A DNA stretch of 25,174 bases from a virus (IMGVR_UViG_3300028585_000062:1-25174), one strand, 5' to 3'; numbered from the stretch's first letter, positions 7,370 to 18,077 are shown. Notes: generated by a model from the letters alone, not told the origin. Program-made: numbers and translations.

Positions 7370-8086
7370 TTATTGCGGCTTCCCAGTGTTTCCACCGCCT
7401 GTCTGTACTCCAGTATGAACATGGTCAGATAGCTTGATGCCCTTGCCTGTAACCTCGCCCTGCGCCGTGATGTTTCCTTTGAAATTGAAGTCACCTGCAT
7501 AGCTTCCTGAGCCCTGATTTACGGGGCCGTTCAGTACTATGCTTGCTGAGTTAAGGGTAACACTTGTCTCGGCGTTAATTTCGACTGTGGGCGCTGTCAT
7601 ACTCACTACCAGAGGTGACACGATATCAATCCCATCATCTGCGAATCTCACATACTGGCCGGGAGGGCTGTTAAGCATTCCGCCGAGATACACTCCATCC
7701 GCCTCATTGTGGGTACGCGATGATCCTGGCATGTCTTCCTTCTTTGTTTCTCTCACTCGGGTCGTGTCGCGATCACAACAGAGCATCAGCCCAATATCAC
7801 CTACAACTGGATCCATGATGACGGCGCTGCTACCACGCTGCAGGCGCCAGACCGGTATGTTAAACACCTGGCTGTTTTCTATCGGTGTTCCTTCTCCTGA
7901 AAACCCCAACACCAAAGGCATTACATTGACCAGTGGCGGCTCTTCGTCAGAGATGAATTTAACTTTCTCGACACGAACTATCTGGATGAAGGCGTTTTTG
8001 TTGAGCATTGCCCTGAACATGAATGCCTGAGCGTTGGAGTCATGATTAATATCTTCCGGCCTGACAGCCATTCTTTTCTCTGTCAT
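7370..8086 (-). CDS. Baseplate central spike (gpV/gp45/gp138-like)
   Basis: P.VGD.G...CDRD OB-fold motif; C-terminal HVH iron-binding tip; ATG 8086 overlaps the upstream stop (ATGA). Confidence 0.88.
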   Translation of the reverse strand: MTEKRMAVRPEDINHDSNAQAFMFRAMLNKNAFIQIVRVEKVKFISDEEPPLVNVMPLVLGFSGEGTPIENSQVFNIPVWRLQRGSSAVIMDPVVGDIGLMLCCDRDTTRVRETKKEDMPGSSRTHNEADGVYLGGMLNSPPGQYVRFADDGIDIVSPLVVSMTAPTVEINAETSVTLNSASIVLNGPVNQGSGSYAGDFNFKGNITAQGEVTGKGIKLSDHVHTGVQTGGGNTGKPQ

Positions 8087-8940
8087 TGCGTAATAACTCC
8101 AAGATCTGTGCTGGCTGCATAGACTACCGTGCACCATGGGCCGCCCTCCATCCATGTAGATAGATGATGGTTGGCAGATATAACAGTGTATTCACCGCTT
8201 GCGTTGGGTAATTCCGTGTCGAGCGTCACCTTTCTGCCGAGGCAAAATAGGTTGCTGAATGTCGATGTGAAGTTAATGCCGTATCCGCTCATGACCGGGT
8301 AACCTATCAGCCCGTTTTCCTTTGATACATAAGGCCTAACGTCGTCAACCCTTCCACCCTGGGGCCAGATATAAATGACGCCCAGCCGGAAGTCGGAGTT
8401 AATACCGGCTGCGCTGCATATCTGCCTGATCTGACTTATCGGGTCGCCCCGGAAATAGACGCCGGACAACTTAGCCTTGACGCCACTATTAACAACGGTG
8501 TAGCTGATGGTTTTGGCAATCGACTCAATTGCTGTCGCAACATCCACAGAGCCTTCTGCCGAGAATGGTGAGGCGTTGATAGTTTGCTCAAATCCGGTAG
8601 CAAAGGCGCTGATTATCAGTGGCGCATCTGGCATCTGGTTCATGTCGGCAAAACAGTTGGTGATAGAACCGAGGAATATCGGGGTGTCATCGGCCCACAC
8701 CTTGATCATATTCTGTTTGATGCTGCTTAGTTGCCGGCCTTTGTAGCTCAGCAGGGCCATGTTAGCCATGCTCAGTCCAAACACCCGAGCATTCATCTCC
8801 GATCCAGCTACGCCACCGTAGGCACCCATCTCGACCTCAGCCTTGATATTATCGATGGTCAGGATGTCGTTGCCTTTATCATCGAAAGCGCCGTCTTTTA
8901 GGGTGAACTGAAATTTAAGACTGCGTTTTTTATAGGTCAT
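8083..8940 (-). CDS. Baseplate hub protein
   Basis: 285 aa; GLIGYP motif; directly precedes the spike. Confidence 0.72.
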   Translation of the reverse strand: MTYKKRSLKFQFTLKDGAFDDKGNDILTIDNIKAEVEMGAYGGVAGSEMNARVFGLSMANMALLSYKGRQLSSIKQNMIKVWADDTPIFLGSITNCFADMNQMPDAPLIISAFATGFEQTINASPFSAEGSVDVATAIESIAKTISYTVVNSGVKAKLSGVYFRGDPISQIRQICSAAGINSDFRLGVIYIWPQGGRVDDVRPYVSKENGLIGYPVMSGYGINFTSTFSNLFCLGRKVTLDTELPNASGEYTVISANHHLSTWMEGGPWCTVVYAASTDLGVITQ

Positions 8941-9248
8941 GCTGCAGCACTCATCTCATCTGGCGTGGCATAAAACAGCAGAAAGCGATCGCCCAGCCCT
9001 TCATAGCTCGGCTCATCACTTCCCTTTGTGTCAGCAAAAAACAACTCACCCTGGAATCCCAGATACGGATAGCGTACCAGCCGGTTACCATTCAGGCACG
9101 TCACGCCCTGTGCTATCCATACGTCACCTAAGCCGATATCCATGTACAGGCCGGTTGATCGCTGGAAGATGCGAAGGGTGACTGACTGCTCACCCAGCTT
9201 TACCGTAAGCTCCTGAGCTTTGATTGGCTGCAATGTGATTGTCTGCAT
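8937..9248 (-). CDS. Small baseplate (plug-type) protein
   Basis: P.YEGLG.RF.L.Y C-terminal motif; translationally coupled; synteny. Confidence 0.65.
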   Translation of the reverse strand: MQTITLQPIKAQELTVKLGEQSVTLRIFQRSTGLYMDIGLGDVWIAQGVTCLNGNRLVRYPYLGFQGELFFADTKGSDEPSYEGLGDRFLLFYATPDEMSAAA

Positions 9249-10054
9249 CAGGTAAGCACCTTAACCAGGTCTGTGACCGAGGATGAGAGTTTATTGATAG
9301 CCGAGGTGGCAGCGCCGTTAATCGAAGCCGTGGTGGTCTGTGTGATGTTATTTACAGTGGAAGAGACCTTGTCTGCCACCTGAGTAGCCGCGCTGGAAAC
9401 GGAGTTCTTCAGGCCAGTCAGGGCCGAAGAAACGCCGCTCTGCGTGGCTTCAGTGGTGGATGAGTTCACCTTCTCCGTCACGGCGCTGGGAGCCAGGCTG
9501 GTTGCGTTAGCCGTGGTCTTGCTCTGTGCCGTAGTGCTGGTCAGCGTGACTTCTGCAGACTCAAGCACGGACTGGAAAATAGCCTCAACTGTCAGCAGGG
9601 TGACGTCCCGGTCAGAGGTCCGGTAGTTGTAGCGCACCAGATCGTACTTCTCGTACGTGGTATCCGGTGTTTCGATGTCATACGTCATCGTATCTTCAAC
9701 CATCGCATCGAGCGCGGCAAGCATATCGGCGCGGCTTGTCAGCGAGAAGTTCGTGAGATTTGGAAGCGAGCCTGTTAATCCAGACCAGCCCTCAAGCACA
9801 AACAGCACCCTGATTACCGGCGGCCGCTTCACCTTGTTGTAGGAGTTGTAAGAGCCAGCCTCAATCGGCGCGGAGACAACAGATGCGTCTGCACCATACT
9901 CAACACCGAGAAAAGACGAAGGCGACAGAGCCTTGCCCGTCCCGTTGTTGAAGTAGATGCCATAGCCTGGGCCGATAATGCTGTTAATGACCGAGAATAT
10001 GCCGCCGCCCTGCACGGCATTGAGTAGCGTCGTTTCGTTCAGAGAGAAATTCAT
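9248..10054 (-). CDS. Tail tube initiator/baseplate protein with Ser/Thr-rich C-terminus
   Basis: APIE.G...YNKV..P motif; follows the tape measure. Confidence 0.65.
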   Translation of the reverse strand: MNFSLNETTLLNAVQGGGIFSVINSIIGPGYGIYFNNGTGKALSPSSFLGVEYGADASVVSAPIEAGSYNSYNKVKRPPVIRVLFVLEGWSGLTGSLPNLTNFSLTSRADMLAALDAMVEDTMTYDIETPDTTYEKYDLVRYNYRTSDRDVTLLTVEAIFQSVLESAEVTLTSTTAQSKTTANATSLAPSAVTEKVNSSTTEATQSGVSSALTGLKNSVSSAATQVADKVSSTVNNITQTTTASINGAATSAINKLSSSVTDLVKVLT

Positions 10055-10056
10055 AA

Positions 10057-11862
10057 TCAGCCCTGCCCTGACATAGATGGAACCAGCAGACTGTTGCGGC
10101 TGACGTTGCGCTGCACATCCTGACCGAGGGCATTAACAGAGGTGGCATTGCTCTGCATTTTCATCTCGCCAATGTGAATCTCGGTTTTAGCTGAGGGCTG
10201 TTGCTGCATGGTCTGCTGGCGCATTGCTGTTGCCGTCGAGCCAACCTGAATGCCGCTGAGAATGTCCTGGTCGGATACGTAGCCTTTGCCGTTCTCATGA
10301 TTGATTATGCCGCGGATCAGCTTAAAAACAGTCTCGGTATCTTCGCCTGAAAGCTTCTCATCTGCTTGCTTGCCGGTGGCACCGACCAGTTGCTTGATGT
10401 ACGCCTGAACATTGTTGTTATCATCTGCCGGTGCATACTTGTTCACCACGGACTCAATCGTGTTTACACCGCGGCTGAAGTACAACTGGATTTGCTTGTA
10501 GAGCGCAGAAATTCCGTCTCGCATGCTTTCGAATACAGCAAACCGGCCGTTCTCTCCGCCTTCTTTGGTTGCGCCCGCCTGTCCAGCAAAGTTCAGGTTG
10601 CCGGGATTGTTGTTACGGATGCCGCGTGGCTTAGTGCCGTAGGCATCGTACTTATTATTCGCATCACCGGTTTTACTGATAGAGTCCCACCATGCATATG
10701 ACTTTTTGAGCCAGGCGTCAGCCTTACCCATGATCCCATCTGTACTGCCAGTATTGTTGTTCATCTTATCAATAAGGTACTGGCCGGTGCTCTTCCCTTC
10801 TTTTTTTGCCTCGTCTTCGTTTGACTTCAGCTTGTCCCATGCACTTACTGCTGCGATTGCCGCCAGTAGAGGGCCAAATCCACCCCGCACCTTTGAGATG
10901 CCAGACAGCATTTTCAAAGCCCAACTACCGGCTACGAATGCAGCCAGAATCTCCAGGGCGTTCTGCCAGCCGCCAACAGCGTCAACAACCTGGCTGATTT
11001 CATTGGATGTGTCGGAAAAGAACTTCTGAATCTCAGGGCCATGATCTGTTATCCAGATTCCCACCTTTTCAATCAGCGGGATCAGCTTTTCTACGTATGG
11101 AATCAGAGCCTCATAAAGCACCTGAGACGCTGCAGAGAAGTTCTGTTTCATCTCCGCCAATCGGCGGTTAAACTCCTGAGCTTTACGAGTCGCATCCTCG
11201 GTGGCGCGGGACATCTTCGCGAAACGGTCAGCATCGGTAACGAGATTGCCGTTGGTCAGCGCCTGCTGAGTCTGATTATCAAAGTTGAACATACCGCCAA
11301 AACGTCGCTGTGCATCTTTACTCAGCTTGCCCCAGTTATCCGCAATTTTGCGCATAACCTCTTCGGAGTTGTCGTTCTGGTAATCGAAGTTGGCACCGGT
11401 TGCGCCGGCAAAGGATGAAAGCGCAGCAAACAGTGGGTTGTCCTGCCCGCCGCCCGTCCTGATTTGTGTCAGTACGTTCTGAAAACCGGTCAGCGTGCCG
11501 GTAATCTTCTCAGCGCTAGAACCGGCCGCCTCTGCCGCCCTCTGCCAGCCATCCAGTGATTTGGCCGACATATCCAGAGACTGAGAGTTAACTGCAAGCT
11601 GCTGCAGGTTATCGGTCATGCCGGTGATGAAGTTTTTGAAACCCTGAACGGACAGCGTTACGCCTACCAGCGCCAACAACTCAGTGCGGATTGAGCCAAA
11701 GAAAGAGGCCGCTCTTTTACCTGCGGCCTCCATGTCTTTAGCAACCTGCTCCGACTGCTTTCTGGTGTCGTCCAGCCCACCTTTAACGTCTTTCTGACCC
11801 TTCTTGAACCCGGTCGCGTCGAGGCCCAGCGTGACAACCAGCGCATCGATGATAGTTGCCAT
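10057..11862 (-). CDS. Tape measure protein with C-terminal putative peptidoglycan-hydrolase domain
   Basis: MATIIDALVVTLGLD start; helical Ala/Gln-rich body; hydrophobic segments; GIRNNNPGNL...KYAP..DNN domain. Confidence 0.85.
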   Translation of the reverse strand: MATIIDALVVTLGLDATGFKKGQKDVKGGLDDTRKQSEQVAKDMEAAGKRAASFFGSIRTELLALVGVTLSVQGFKNFITGMTDNLQQLAVNSQSLDMSAKSLDGWQRAAEAAGSSAEKITGTLTGFQNVLTQIRTGGGQDNPLFAALSSFAGATGANFDYQNDNSEEVMRKIADNWGKLSKDAQRRFGGMFNFDNQTQQALTNGNLVTDADRFAKMSRATEDATRKAQEFNRRLAEMKQNFSAASQVLYEALIPYVEKLIPLIEKVGIWITDHGPEIQKFFSDTSNEISQVVDAVGGWQNALEILAAFVAGSWALKMLSGISKVRGGFGPLLAAIAAVSAWDKLKSNEDEAKKEGKSTGQYLIDKMNNNTGSTDGIMGKADAWLKKSYAWWDSISKTGDANNKYDAYGTKPRGIRNNNPGNLNFAGQAGATKEGGENGRFAVFESMRDGISALYKQIQLYFSRGVNTIESVVNKYAPADDNNNVQAYIKQLVGATGKQADEKLSGEDTETVFKLIRGIINHENGKGYVSDQDILSGIQVGSTATAMRQQTMQQQPSAKTEIHIGEMKMQSNATSVNALGQDVQRNVSRNSLLVPSMSGQG

Positions 11863-12062
11863 CAGTTAGACTCCTGCGATTTATTGACGACCATCCGGTT
11901 GTAGTTGTCTACCGTGATGATTTCCAGCCACCACCATAAATCCTCAACGCCAAGCGTCGTGCTCAGCTCTGTGAGAGAGCACTTACCAGAAGAGAGGACG
12001 GTAGCTATGGTCTTGGGGACGTTGACGTATTCAGCAAGCCCGTGAACCTGCTCATGCATCAT
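11862..12062 (-). CDS. Tail assembly chaperone 'T' segment, probably expressed as a -1 frameshift fusion
   Basis: Frame is open up to the T7 run at 12092-12098 inside the upstream gene; stop overlaps the TMP start. Confidence 0.75.
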   Translation of the reverse strand: MMHEQVHGLAEYVNVPKTIATVLSSGKCSLTELSTTLGVEDLWWWLEIITVDNYNRMVVNKSQESN

Positions 12063-12073
12063 TGGTGGGATAT

Positions 12074-12475
12074 CTATTGGGCGGCGGCCTGAAAAAAATC
12101 CACGTGAAGTTTGAACACCTCCGCCCTCAATTTCAGGCGGGTAGCGATCTCTTCGATGTCATCATCGATGAGGCGGCGCTTAATGTGCTGGTTTGCAGAA
12201 TCTGGCACGCACTGAACGCATTCCATCAGCTCGTCGAGTAATGGCTTGGCTTCTGCAGGAGGAATCTGTGAAACCATTTTCAGTCCGGTTCCAGCCATTG
12301 CAGCGATACCCATATCCGCGAAGTTATCCGGCAAATCGACGCCGCTGCGAGCCATCGCCATGCCTGCGCGAATAGCCCACCATTCAGCCTGAGCGGCTGA
12401 CATTTCGCGGATGTAGAACACCTTTCCAGCATCGCGCCCGGCTGTTTCTGTGTAGAAGAGTTCTTTGCGTGCCAT
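12074..12475 (-). CDS. Tail assembly chaperone (gpG-like)
   Basis: Between tube and TMP; ends GAT TTT TTT CAG with a slippery site. Confidence 0.8.
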   Translation of the reverse strand: MARKELFYTETAGRDAGKVFYIREMSAAQAEWWAIRAGMAMARSGVDLPDNFADMGIAAMAGTGLKMVSQIPPAEAKPLLDELMECVQCVPDSANQHIKRRLIDDDIEEIATRLKLRAEVFKLHVDFFQAAAQ

Positions 12476-12483
12476 GTTATGCC

Positions 12484-12930
12484 TTATGGATTGTAAGCTT
12501 CAGGTGTTACCGATTCCCAACTGATCTGGAAGGTGCCCGCTGCAAGTACGCGCTGAGCATCCGGCATGGCTTTGGTGCGCTGCAGGACACCATTAGTTAG
12601 GGTGTATTTCCGGCCTGTAGATGGCAGGATTACTGTGGCGTTACAGCGGAAAACCGCCTTAGCAGTCAGAGATGTGAGCATCCACGTCTCGAAGATCTGC
12701 CAACTTGGGCTATCTGGCATGACGGTAATCGTCTGAAGGTATTCGCCAAAGACGAAGCCAGCAGACAACTTCCCGTCAGCACCACGGACGGTGTTTGCCA
12801 TCTCTGTGTCACCGAAAGCAAACATTGCGTCGGCGGCGTAACCTTCCAGCACCTGCGCTGTTGGATAAAGATTTGTCACAGTGAGCGAAAAAATAGCGTC
12901 AGCACTGGTGATCGTGTTATTTCCGGCCAT
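12484..12930 (-). CDS. Tail tube protein
   Basis: 148 aa after the sheath; TITSAD and GADGKLS.G motifs. Confidence 0.8.
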   Translation of the reverse strand: MAGNNTITSADAIFSLTVTNLYPTAQVLEGYAADAMFAFGDTEMANTVRGADGKLSAGFVFGEYLQTITVMPDSPSWQIFETWMLTSLTAKAVFRCNATVILPSTGRKYTLTNGVLQRTKAMPDAQRVLAAGTFQISWESVTPEAYNP

Positions 12931-12942
12931 TTATTCGGCTCC

Positions 12943-14421
12943 TTACTGGACCATCGTCGAAGGTAATGAAATTTTCTGCACGCTGCCGCCGTCGCAATAC
13001 CAGAGCTGCATTGGTGGAGAGCCACGTTCCGCCCTAACGGCCGGTGTAGCGTCGCCGATATTCAGGTAGTAGCCTTTGGCATTCAGTGAGGATGAGATGT
13101 CAGCGCCGACAGCGTTGTTGATTTCTGAAATCTGGGAAGAGGACAGCGTTACGCCAGAACGAATACCGCCAAAAGCCACGCCCTGAGCAAACGTGTCAGC
13201 AAAGCCTGCCTCGATGATTGCCTTGCCTCGCGCGTTATACGGGAATGAGCGATTCGATTTCATTGTCTGGATAGCTGCACCTAACAAAGCAGCATTTAGC
13301 CAGATTTCGAAGCAGAAGCTATCTACCCACTTGAATGATCCAGAGACGGTGCCGTCAGCCCAGTAGTTTTCTGAGATATTGTTCTCGCCGTAATCGCCGT
13401 AGAAGTTGTATCCGTTGGCGATTAGCGCATCGTAAGTTGTTGAGTCATCGACCTTGGCAGCCAACCCATCAGTCTCGCGATATTTCAGAGTGACCCGACC
13501 TTCAAGTCGATCAAAGTCCAGAGATGCTGAGTAGCCAAGCACGGCCGCCGCGTCGAGGTGATTGCCATACACCGGAATCACGCTGGCATAGTTATTCGCT
13601 GTGATGATTTTGTATGCCAGGCAGTCAATGCTTCCACTGACGGTCGCAGCTTCAGAGTCGTCATGTGGCACATAGCCATAACGGTAGTTCTGAGCGCTAA
13701 CCCATGCAGATAGATCGAGATGCGTTGCTTCATCGGCCGCAAAGATAGTCGTGAAGAGCGCCCAGTTCTGAGACTTGGCTTTAATGACCGCAAGTGCATC
13801 CGCAGCAATCGCTGGCTCCGCACCCTGTGAGATAACAGCGCCTGTTGCTGAGGTAAATTTCAGTGCGTTCGAAATAGAGCCTGTGGCATAGGTAATTGTG
13901 CTGCCTTCGCCTGTCGTTGCAGAAGTGATAATGAAGGCTTTCTGCGTGGTGTCGAAGGATACGACTACTGAATTGCCAATCGCTGATTCAATCAGGTCTG
14001 CGGCTGCCGCAAAGCTATTCGCGCCGCTGAGATCGATATTGGTGGAGGTTTTTAACGTGCCATCTACTGTCAGCGTCAGGATGCCGCTCATTAACTTAAG
14101 CTGGTCAATGGTAACTTTCGCCATCGTTCCAGAGCGCAGAAATGCTGAGACGGTTTCAGTGTTATATCGGGCAAGTAGCAGAGCGCCAGGCTTTTTTGTC
14201 GAGTTCACATAACCGTTAAAGTAAATGCGGGCGAATGCATACTCGTCGGATGTTGAGCCAAAATAACTACGCACATCATCCGGACTTGTAAACGCCGTAA
14301 CACCGCCAACAGGGGCATACTCGCTATCAGTAAGCGCCAACCCGTTCAGGTACAGTGCTGTACCACCGGCAGAGAGCACGCCGGGGATGATGGAAATATC
14401 TTTACTTAAAGGGATTGGCAT
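12943..14421 (-). CDS. Tail sheath protein (DUF3383-like)
   Basis: 492 aa; V..YFG..S.EY, NGYNFYG, PY...G and WY.DGGSVQ motifs. Confidence 0.88.
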   Translation of the reverse strand: MPIPLSKDISIIPGVLSAGGTALYLNGLALTDSEYAPVGGVTAFTSPDDVRSYFGSTSDEYAFARIYFNGYVNSTKKPGALLLARYNTETVSAFLRSGTMAKVTIDQLKLMSGILTLTVDGTLKTSTNIDLSGANSFAAAADLIESAIGNSVVVSFDTTQKAFIITSATTGEGSTITYATGSISNALKFTSATGAVISQGAEPAIAADALAVIKAKSQNWALFTTIFAADEATHLDLSAWVSAQNYRYGYVPHDDSEAATVSGSIDCLAYKIITANNYASVIPVYGNHLDAAAVLGYSASLDFDRLEGRVTLKYRETDGLAAKVDDSTTYDALIANGYNFYGDYGENNISENYWADGTVSGSFKWVDSFCFEIWLNAALLGAAIQTMKSNRSFPYNARGKAIIEAGFADTFAQGVAFGGIRSGVTLSSSQISEINNAVGADISSSLNAKGYYLNIGDATPAVRAERGSPPMQLWYCDGGSVQKISLPSTMVQ

Positions 14422-14961
14422 TTAAGCATTCTCCGGTGGGTATTTCAGGTCTGCTGCAATCGCCGTGACGTTAATTTCGTCGAAGAAATACAAGGGCGTC
14501 GTAACGACTGCGTTAAATTGCGCGATGAAGTCGAGCGTCCAGCGGCTTTCATACTGCTGTTCTGCGTTAATCATCGTTGTCTGGTGCGGCTCTCCCGCGT
14601 AAAGCGGGGTGACCGGCATGTTGTTCTGGCGAAACCAGCTAGCGGAGTATTCAGAGCGGATCATGGTGCCGACAATGGCGGCCATTTCCTGAGCTGAGCT
14701 GCCGTAGAAATCTAGCTGGCATTGCCACTGGTTACTGCGCTGAGTTAGCTCACTGCCCTGACCGACGCCCGGGTCGTTGTATCCGACACGGTTTGTTGAT
14801 AGGCCAGTGATAAACATTGGCGTCATGGTGACGAAGTCCTGATTCGGCATAGGAACCAGGTTCTCCTGCGCCATAAACACCTCAGCGTCGACGAGGGACA
14901 ATAAAAAACCGCGCAAGGCGGCTGTCAGGTCATCCTGTGTAATGCTTATGGTCGCGCTCAT
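14422..14961 (-). CDS. Tail terminator/neck protein
   Basis: QLDFYG and QYE.RWT motifs; upstream of the sheath; ATG 14961 overlaps the upstream stop. Confidence 0.7.
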   Translation of the reverse strand: MSATISITQDDLTAALRGFLLSLVDAEVFMAQENLVPMPNQDFVTMTPMFITGLSTNRVGYNDPGVGQGSELTQRSNQWQCQLDFYGSSAQEMAAIVGTMIRSEYSASWFRQNNMPVTPLYAGEPHQTTMINAEQQYESRWTLDFIAQFNAVVTTPLYFFDEINVTAIAADLKYPPENA

Positions 14962-15329
14962 GTGGATACCTGCAGCGTGACAGCGAAAGAGCACCAGTCA
15001 GGCCACTCTTCCAGTGGTTGCGTAATCAGCCAGGTCTCGCCGTTTACGATGAGCTTGTCACCGCCCTTTTGCTTGGGTCGGTTGACGCCTTCAAAGTTAC
15101 CGTTAACGTAGGCCTTCTTTTTGATGCCCTGCAGGTTTAGCCCGTCGAGCTTCATCAGATCGGTATAGGCCAGCGGCTGAAGCTGCACAGTTACGCTCTG
15201 TTCTGCGTAAGCAGGTACACGATGTCCTGCCGCATCTGTCGTATATGTGCCAAGGCTTACCATCATCACCCCCGGAACATCCGGGTTAACAACGGTGATG
15301 GCCCGGCGCACAATGCCATGCAGGTTCAT
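14958..15329 (-). CDS. Head closure/stopper protein
   Basis: MNLHGIV..AI, GGD and E.WPDW motifs; synteny. Confidence 0.65.
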   Translation of the reverse strand: MNLHGIVRRAITVVNPDVPGVMMVSLGTYTTDAAGHRVPAYAEQSVTVQLQPLAYTDLMKLDGLNLQGIKKKAYVNGNFEGVNRPKQKGGDKLIVNGETWLITQPLEEWPDWCSFAVTLQVST

Positions 15330-15778
15330 ACGCCGTCCTTAACGTCATAGTCGACAGAGTTGAGCATGTGAGAGTTTTCGATAAGGGGCTTTTCGAAGCC
15401 CTTTCTCGCTATCGTAGAAGGCGCCAGAGCCGGATCAGTGAACTCGCGAATAGAGTCCTGCAATTGCTCTTTGATGCGCTCACCCATGAGGGGAAACAAC
15501 GTCGAGGCGTCATATTTCACCGCTACCGCAATCTTGCCGATGTCATCACCCCATTGAGGCGACTTCTCTTCAATCATGCGGCGGAAGAATGGTCGTGGCG
15601 GCCGGCTCATACCCGGATCGCCAAACTCATTCGCTGCGGCCACCATCGCGACAGACTCACCATCAGGATAGGTTGCACCTTCAAGGAATCCGACACGAAG
15701 CGTTTTAGCATCGCCAAGGCTTTGAGCTAACTCAGCCAGGCGCTTCTCCAGCGCGCCACCACCTGAAAATGAACTCAT
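15326..15778 (-). CDS. Neck/tail-completion protein
   Basis: LRVGFLEGATY, NEFG, PPRPFFR and STIARKG..KPLI motifs; ATG 15778 with GGAGG. Confidence 0.75.
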   Translation of the reverse strand: MSSFSGGGALEKRLAELAQSLGDAKTLRVGFLEGATYPDGESVAMVAAANEFGDPGMSRPPRPFFRRMIEEKSPQWGDDIGKIAVAVKYDASTLFPLMGERIKEQLQDSIREFTDPALAPSTIARKGFEKPLIENSHMLNSVDYDVKDGV

Positions 15779-15780
15779 CG

Positions 15781-16224
15781 CTACCTCCGGTAAGCTCCTC
15801 TGCGGTTGTAGTGATACGGATACATCGACGGCGACGCACCGGGCAGGTAACGAATCGTCCGGAATGGCAGCGTGGCCTGCCAGTAAGCCGCACCATATGG
15901 CGTTTGCAGATACCACCATGATGCTGAGCTCGACGGCCCGGCATCTACCGACACAGACACCGAACCTTCCGACGCGCTCGTTACCCGCCCAACCAACCCA
16001 CTTGATGCCTGACCGCCCACGCCGCTATTCATCGCTGCGAGGTGAGCAACCAGCATATTCAGGAAAACAGCCCGCTGATTTACATCAGTGACCGGGCTTG
16101 TATCGGTGTTATTCAGGTAGACCGTTGCCTCAATGAAATACGCATTCAGCAACGCATCACTTACGGTGTCGAACTCCGGGTAGCGCGCTCGGAACGCGGC
16201 GAGATCAAAGACAACGACTGCCAT
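15781..16224 (-). CDS. Head-tail adaptor (DUF4054-like)
   Basis: [24 protein letters not shown] and QTPYG..YW motifs. Confidence 0.82.
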   Translation of the reverse strand: MAVVVFDLAAFRARYPEFDTVSDALLNAYFIEATVYLNNTDTSPVTDVNQRAVFLNMLVAHLAAMNSGVGGQASSGLVGRVTSASEGSVSVSVDAGPSSSASWWYLQTPYGAAYWQATLPFRTIRYLPGASPSMYPYHYNRRGAYRR

Positions 16225-16226
16225 GA

Positions 16227-16556
16227 TTATTTACCGTCTGATTTGGTGACGCCCGGCGCGGGGTTATCCTGCGGCAGGCCTTCAAGGCCGGATTTAACGT
16301 CAGCGTTTTCTTTCGCTTTCGACTCGGCGCTGTTGGTTTTAGCCTGTGCGAATACCAGCTCGTTTTTGACATATGGCTGGTCTTTGTGCTGCTCCAGCCA
16401 CTTATCAAGCACCGCCTTATCCACGTTCTCGGTCAGGCCATAGCCACCGATGACGTTAGATGCATTAGCGCCCGCCAGTACTACCGGCTGCGATCCTTCA
16501 ACATCAATCACCAGGCCATTCGGCAGCTTACAACCTACGGTTACGACATCAGCCAT
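16227..16556 (-). CDS. Conserved small head-region protein
   Basis: V.CKLPNGL and GYGLT.NVD motifs; tightly packed between capsid and adaptor. Confidence 0.7.
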   Translation of the reverse strand: MADVVTVGCKLPNGLVIDVEGSQPVVLAGANASNVIGGYGLTENVDKAVLDKWLEQHKDQPYVKNELVFAQAKTNSAESKAKENADVKSGLEGLPQDNPAPGVTKSDGK

Positions 16557-16559
16557 TTC

Positions 16560-17594
16560 TTACACTCCCAGCATGCTGGCGATTGCCAGCGGTTGACGGA
16601 TGATTGCACCCCAGGTGCCGCCAGATTTTTTCTGCTTCCAGGATGACTCTTCAGTCACCACTGCATGCGCGCGCATCTTCTCCGTGAAGGCAGCATAAGC
16701 GGTGTCCTGCTCACCCAGGCGATCTGCAATCAGCTGTACCATCTCACCGGCCGGAGTTGAGTACTCGATAGCAGTCTCAATCTTCAGGTTCGGGAAGTTT
16801 TTCTTCAGCAGGTCAGAGACGTTCACGTTATACATGTTCGTCTTAGCCAGGTTCACAGACATAGCCGGAGACATCGCCAGCGTCATTGGCGTGCTCATGT
16901 CCAGCAGGCCTTTGGTCTGAGATACCAGTTGACCAAACAGTTTCAGGATGTCGTCATAAACAGCCTGTCCGTCTTTGGTTGACCAGGTAACACCGCTGGC
17001 AGTGCCTGTTGCGCTCGGCGTGATTGATGCTGGAAGGGACGGGTCATTCAGCAGACCGTAGTTCTGCAGGCCTGCAATGCCGTAGAAGTAGGACTTGTTC
17101 TGGAATTTGTTCAGTACCAGCGCAGAGGCCACGTTCAGTTCAGCCGCATAACCGATACGAGCCGCGCCGTACATGTCCAGCTCACGCTCACCCCAGCGGG
17201 TGTGGGTCTGGTAGTGATAAGACTGGCGCGCCACCCAGTTGACGTTAGCTGCGGTCATACCGTTGTGGTTGTAGTCGCCGTAAGAGCTGGTTTCACCTGC
17301 TGATTCCACGATCGGGAATTGCGCAGTAAGCGTGGTCCAGTCGCCTTTCTTCACTTCGCCGATGATTTCTGCTGCTTTCATCGGGGTGACCAGAACGCGG
17401 ATCAGCTCAGGGTCGACGAAATTGGTAAAGAATGCCGGGACGCCTGAGCTGCCGGTGGTAACCATTGTTGGCTGAGCATCCATTGCCAGAGAGTAGTTCT
17501 CGGCAAATTCAGGCTTCAGGTAGTCTTTCGCGCCCGGCAGCACGATGCCGTACTTGCCGCTTGCCGCGGCGTAGTGCTGTTGAAACTTATTCAT
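16560..17594 (-). CDS. Major capsid protein (DUF2184-like, HK97 fold)
   Basis: 344 aa; KKGDW, YGD and YGLLNDP motifs; position after the decoration gene. Confidence 0.88.
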   Translation of the reverse strand: MNKFQQHYAAASGKYGIVLPGAKDYLKPEFAENYSLAMDAQPTMVTTGSSGVPAFFTNFVDPELIRVLVTPMKAAEIIGEVKKGDWTTLTAQFPIVESAGETSSYGDYNHNGMTAANVNWVARQSYHYQTHTRWGERELDMYGAARIGYAAELNVASALVLNKFQNKSYFYGIAGLQNYGLLNDPSLPASITPSATGTASGVTWSTKDGQAVYDDILKLFGQLVSQTKGLLDMSTPMTLAMSPAMSVNLAKTNMYNVNVSDLLKKNFPNLKIETAIEYSTPAGEMVQLIADRLGEQDTAYAAFTEKMRAHAVVTEESSWKQKKSGGTWGAIIRQPLAIASMLGV

Positions 17595-18076
17595 TAATTG
17601 CTCCAGGTGCTGATTTTGACCAGTTCGCCTGCTGCTGCGACGCTACCGGCTTTGAATGGGGTTTCGACATAACCGGCGATTGTTGCGCCCGCTGCGCCGG
17701 TCTGAACCTGACCAGTGGTCAGTGATGCGAAGATTTTCTGTCCGCGTGTTGCGGCAGTTGATGTGCGCGCCCAGAAGTCACCAGCAACCATCAGGGTTAC
17801 TTCACGACCGGACTGGATGACGTTTGAATCAGTTCCCAGCCAGGTGGTGATGACTGCCTGGCCGTCACGATGAACGAAGCCAGAAGGCGCACCGGTGCCA
17901 GCGTTAGAGGCGACGCCGTTAACGTCCCACGCAAAGCGACCGATTGTCAGGCCATTGGTGCCCGCAACCAGTGCTGCTTCGCCTGCCAGGTAGGTAGCGT
18001 GCTCGTTGGTGCTGGCAAAGCCACCTTCAACGCCGGGGGCTGGGTATTGGTTAATTACACTCTGAAAACCTGCCAT
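17594..18076 (-). CDS. Capsid decoration/cement protein
   Basis: FQ..IN..PA.GVEG.FAS, GRFAW and GDFWA motifs; between protease and MCP. Confidence 0.72.
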   Translation of the reverse strand: MAGFQSVINQYPAPGVEGGFASTNEHATYLAGEAALVAGTNGLTIGRFAWDVNGVASNAGTGAPSGFVHRDGQAVITTWLGTDSNVIQSGREVTLMVAGDFWARTSTAATRGQKIFASLTTGQVQTGAAGATIAGYVETPFKAGSVAAAGELVKISTWSN

Positions 18077-18077
18077 G

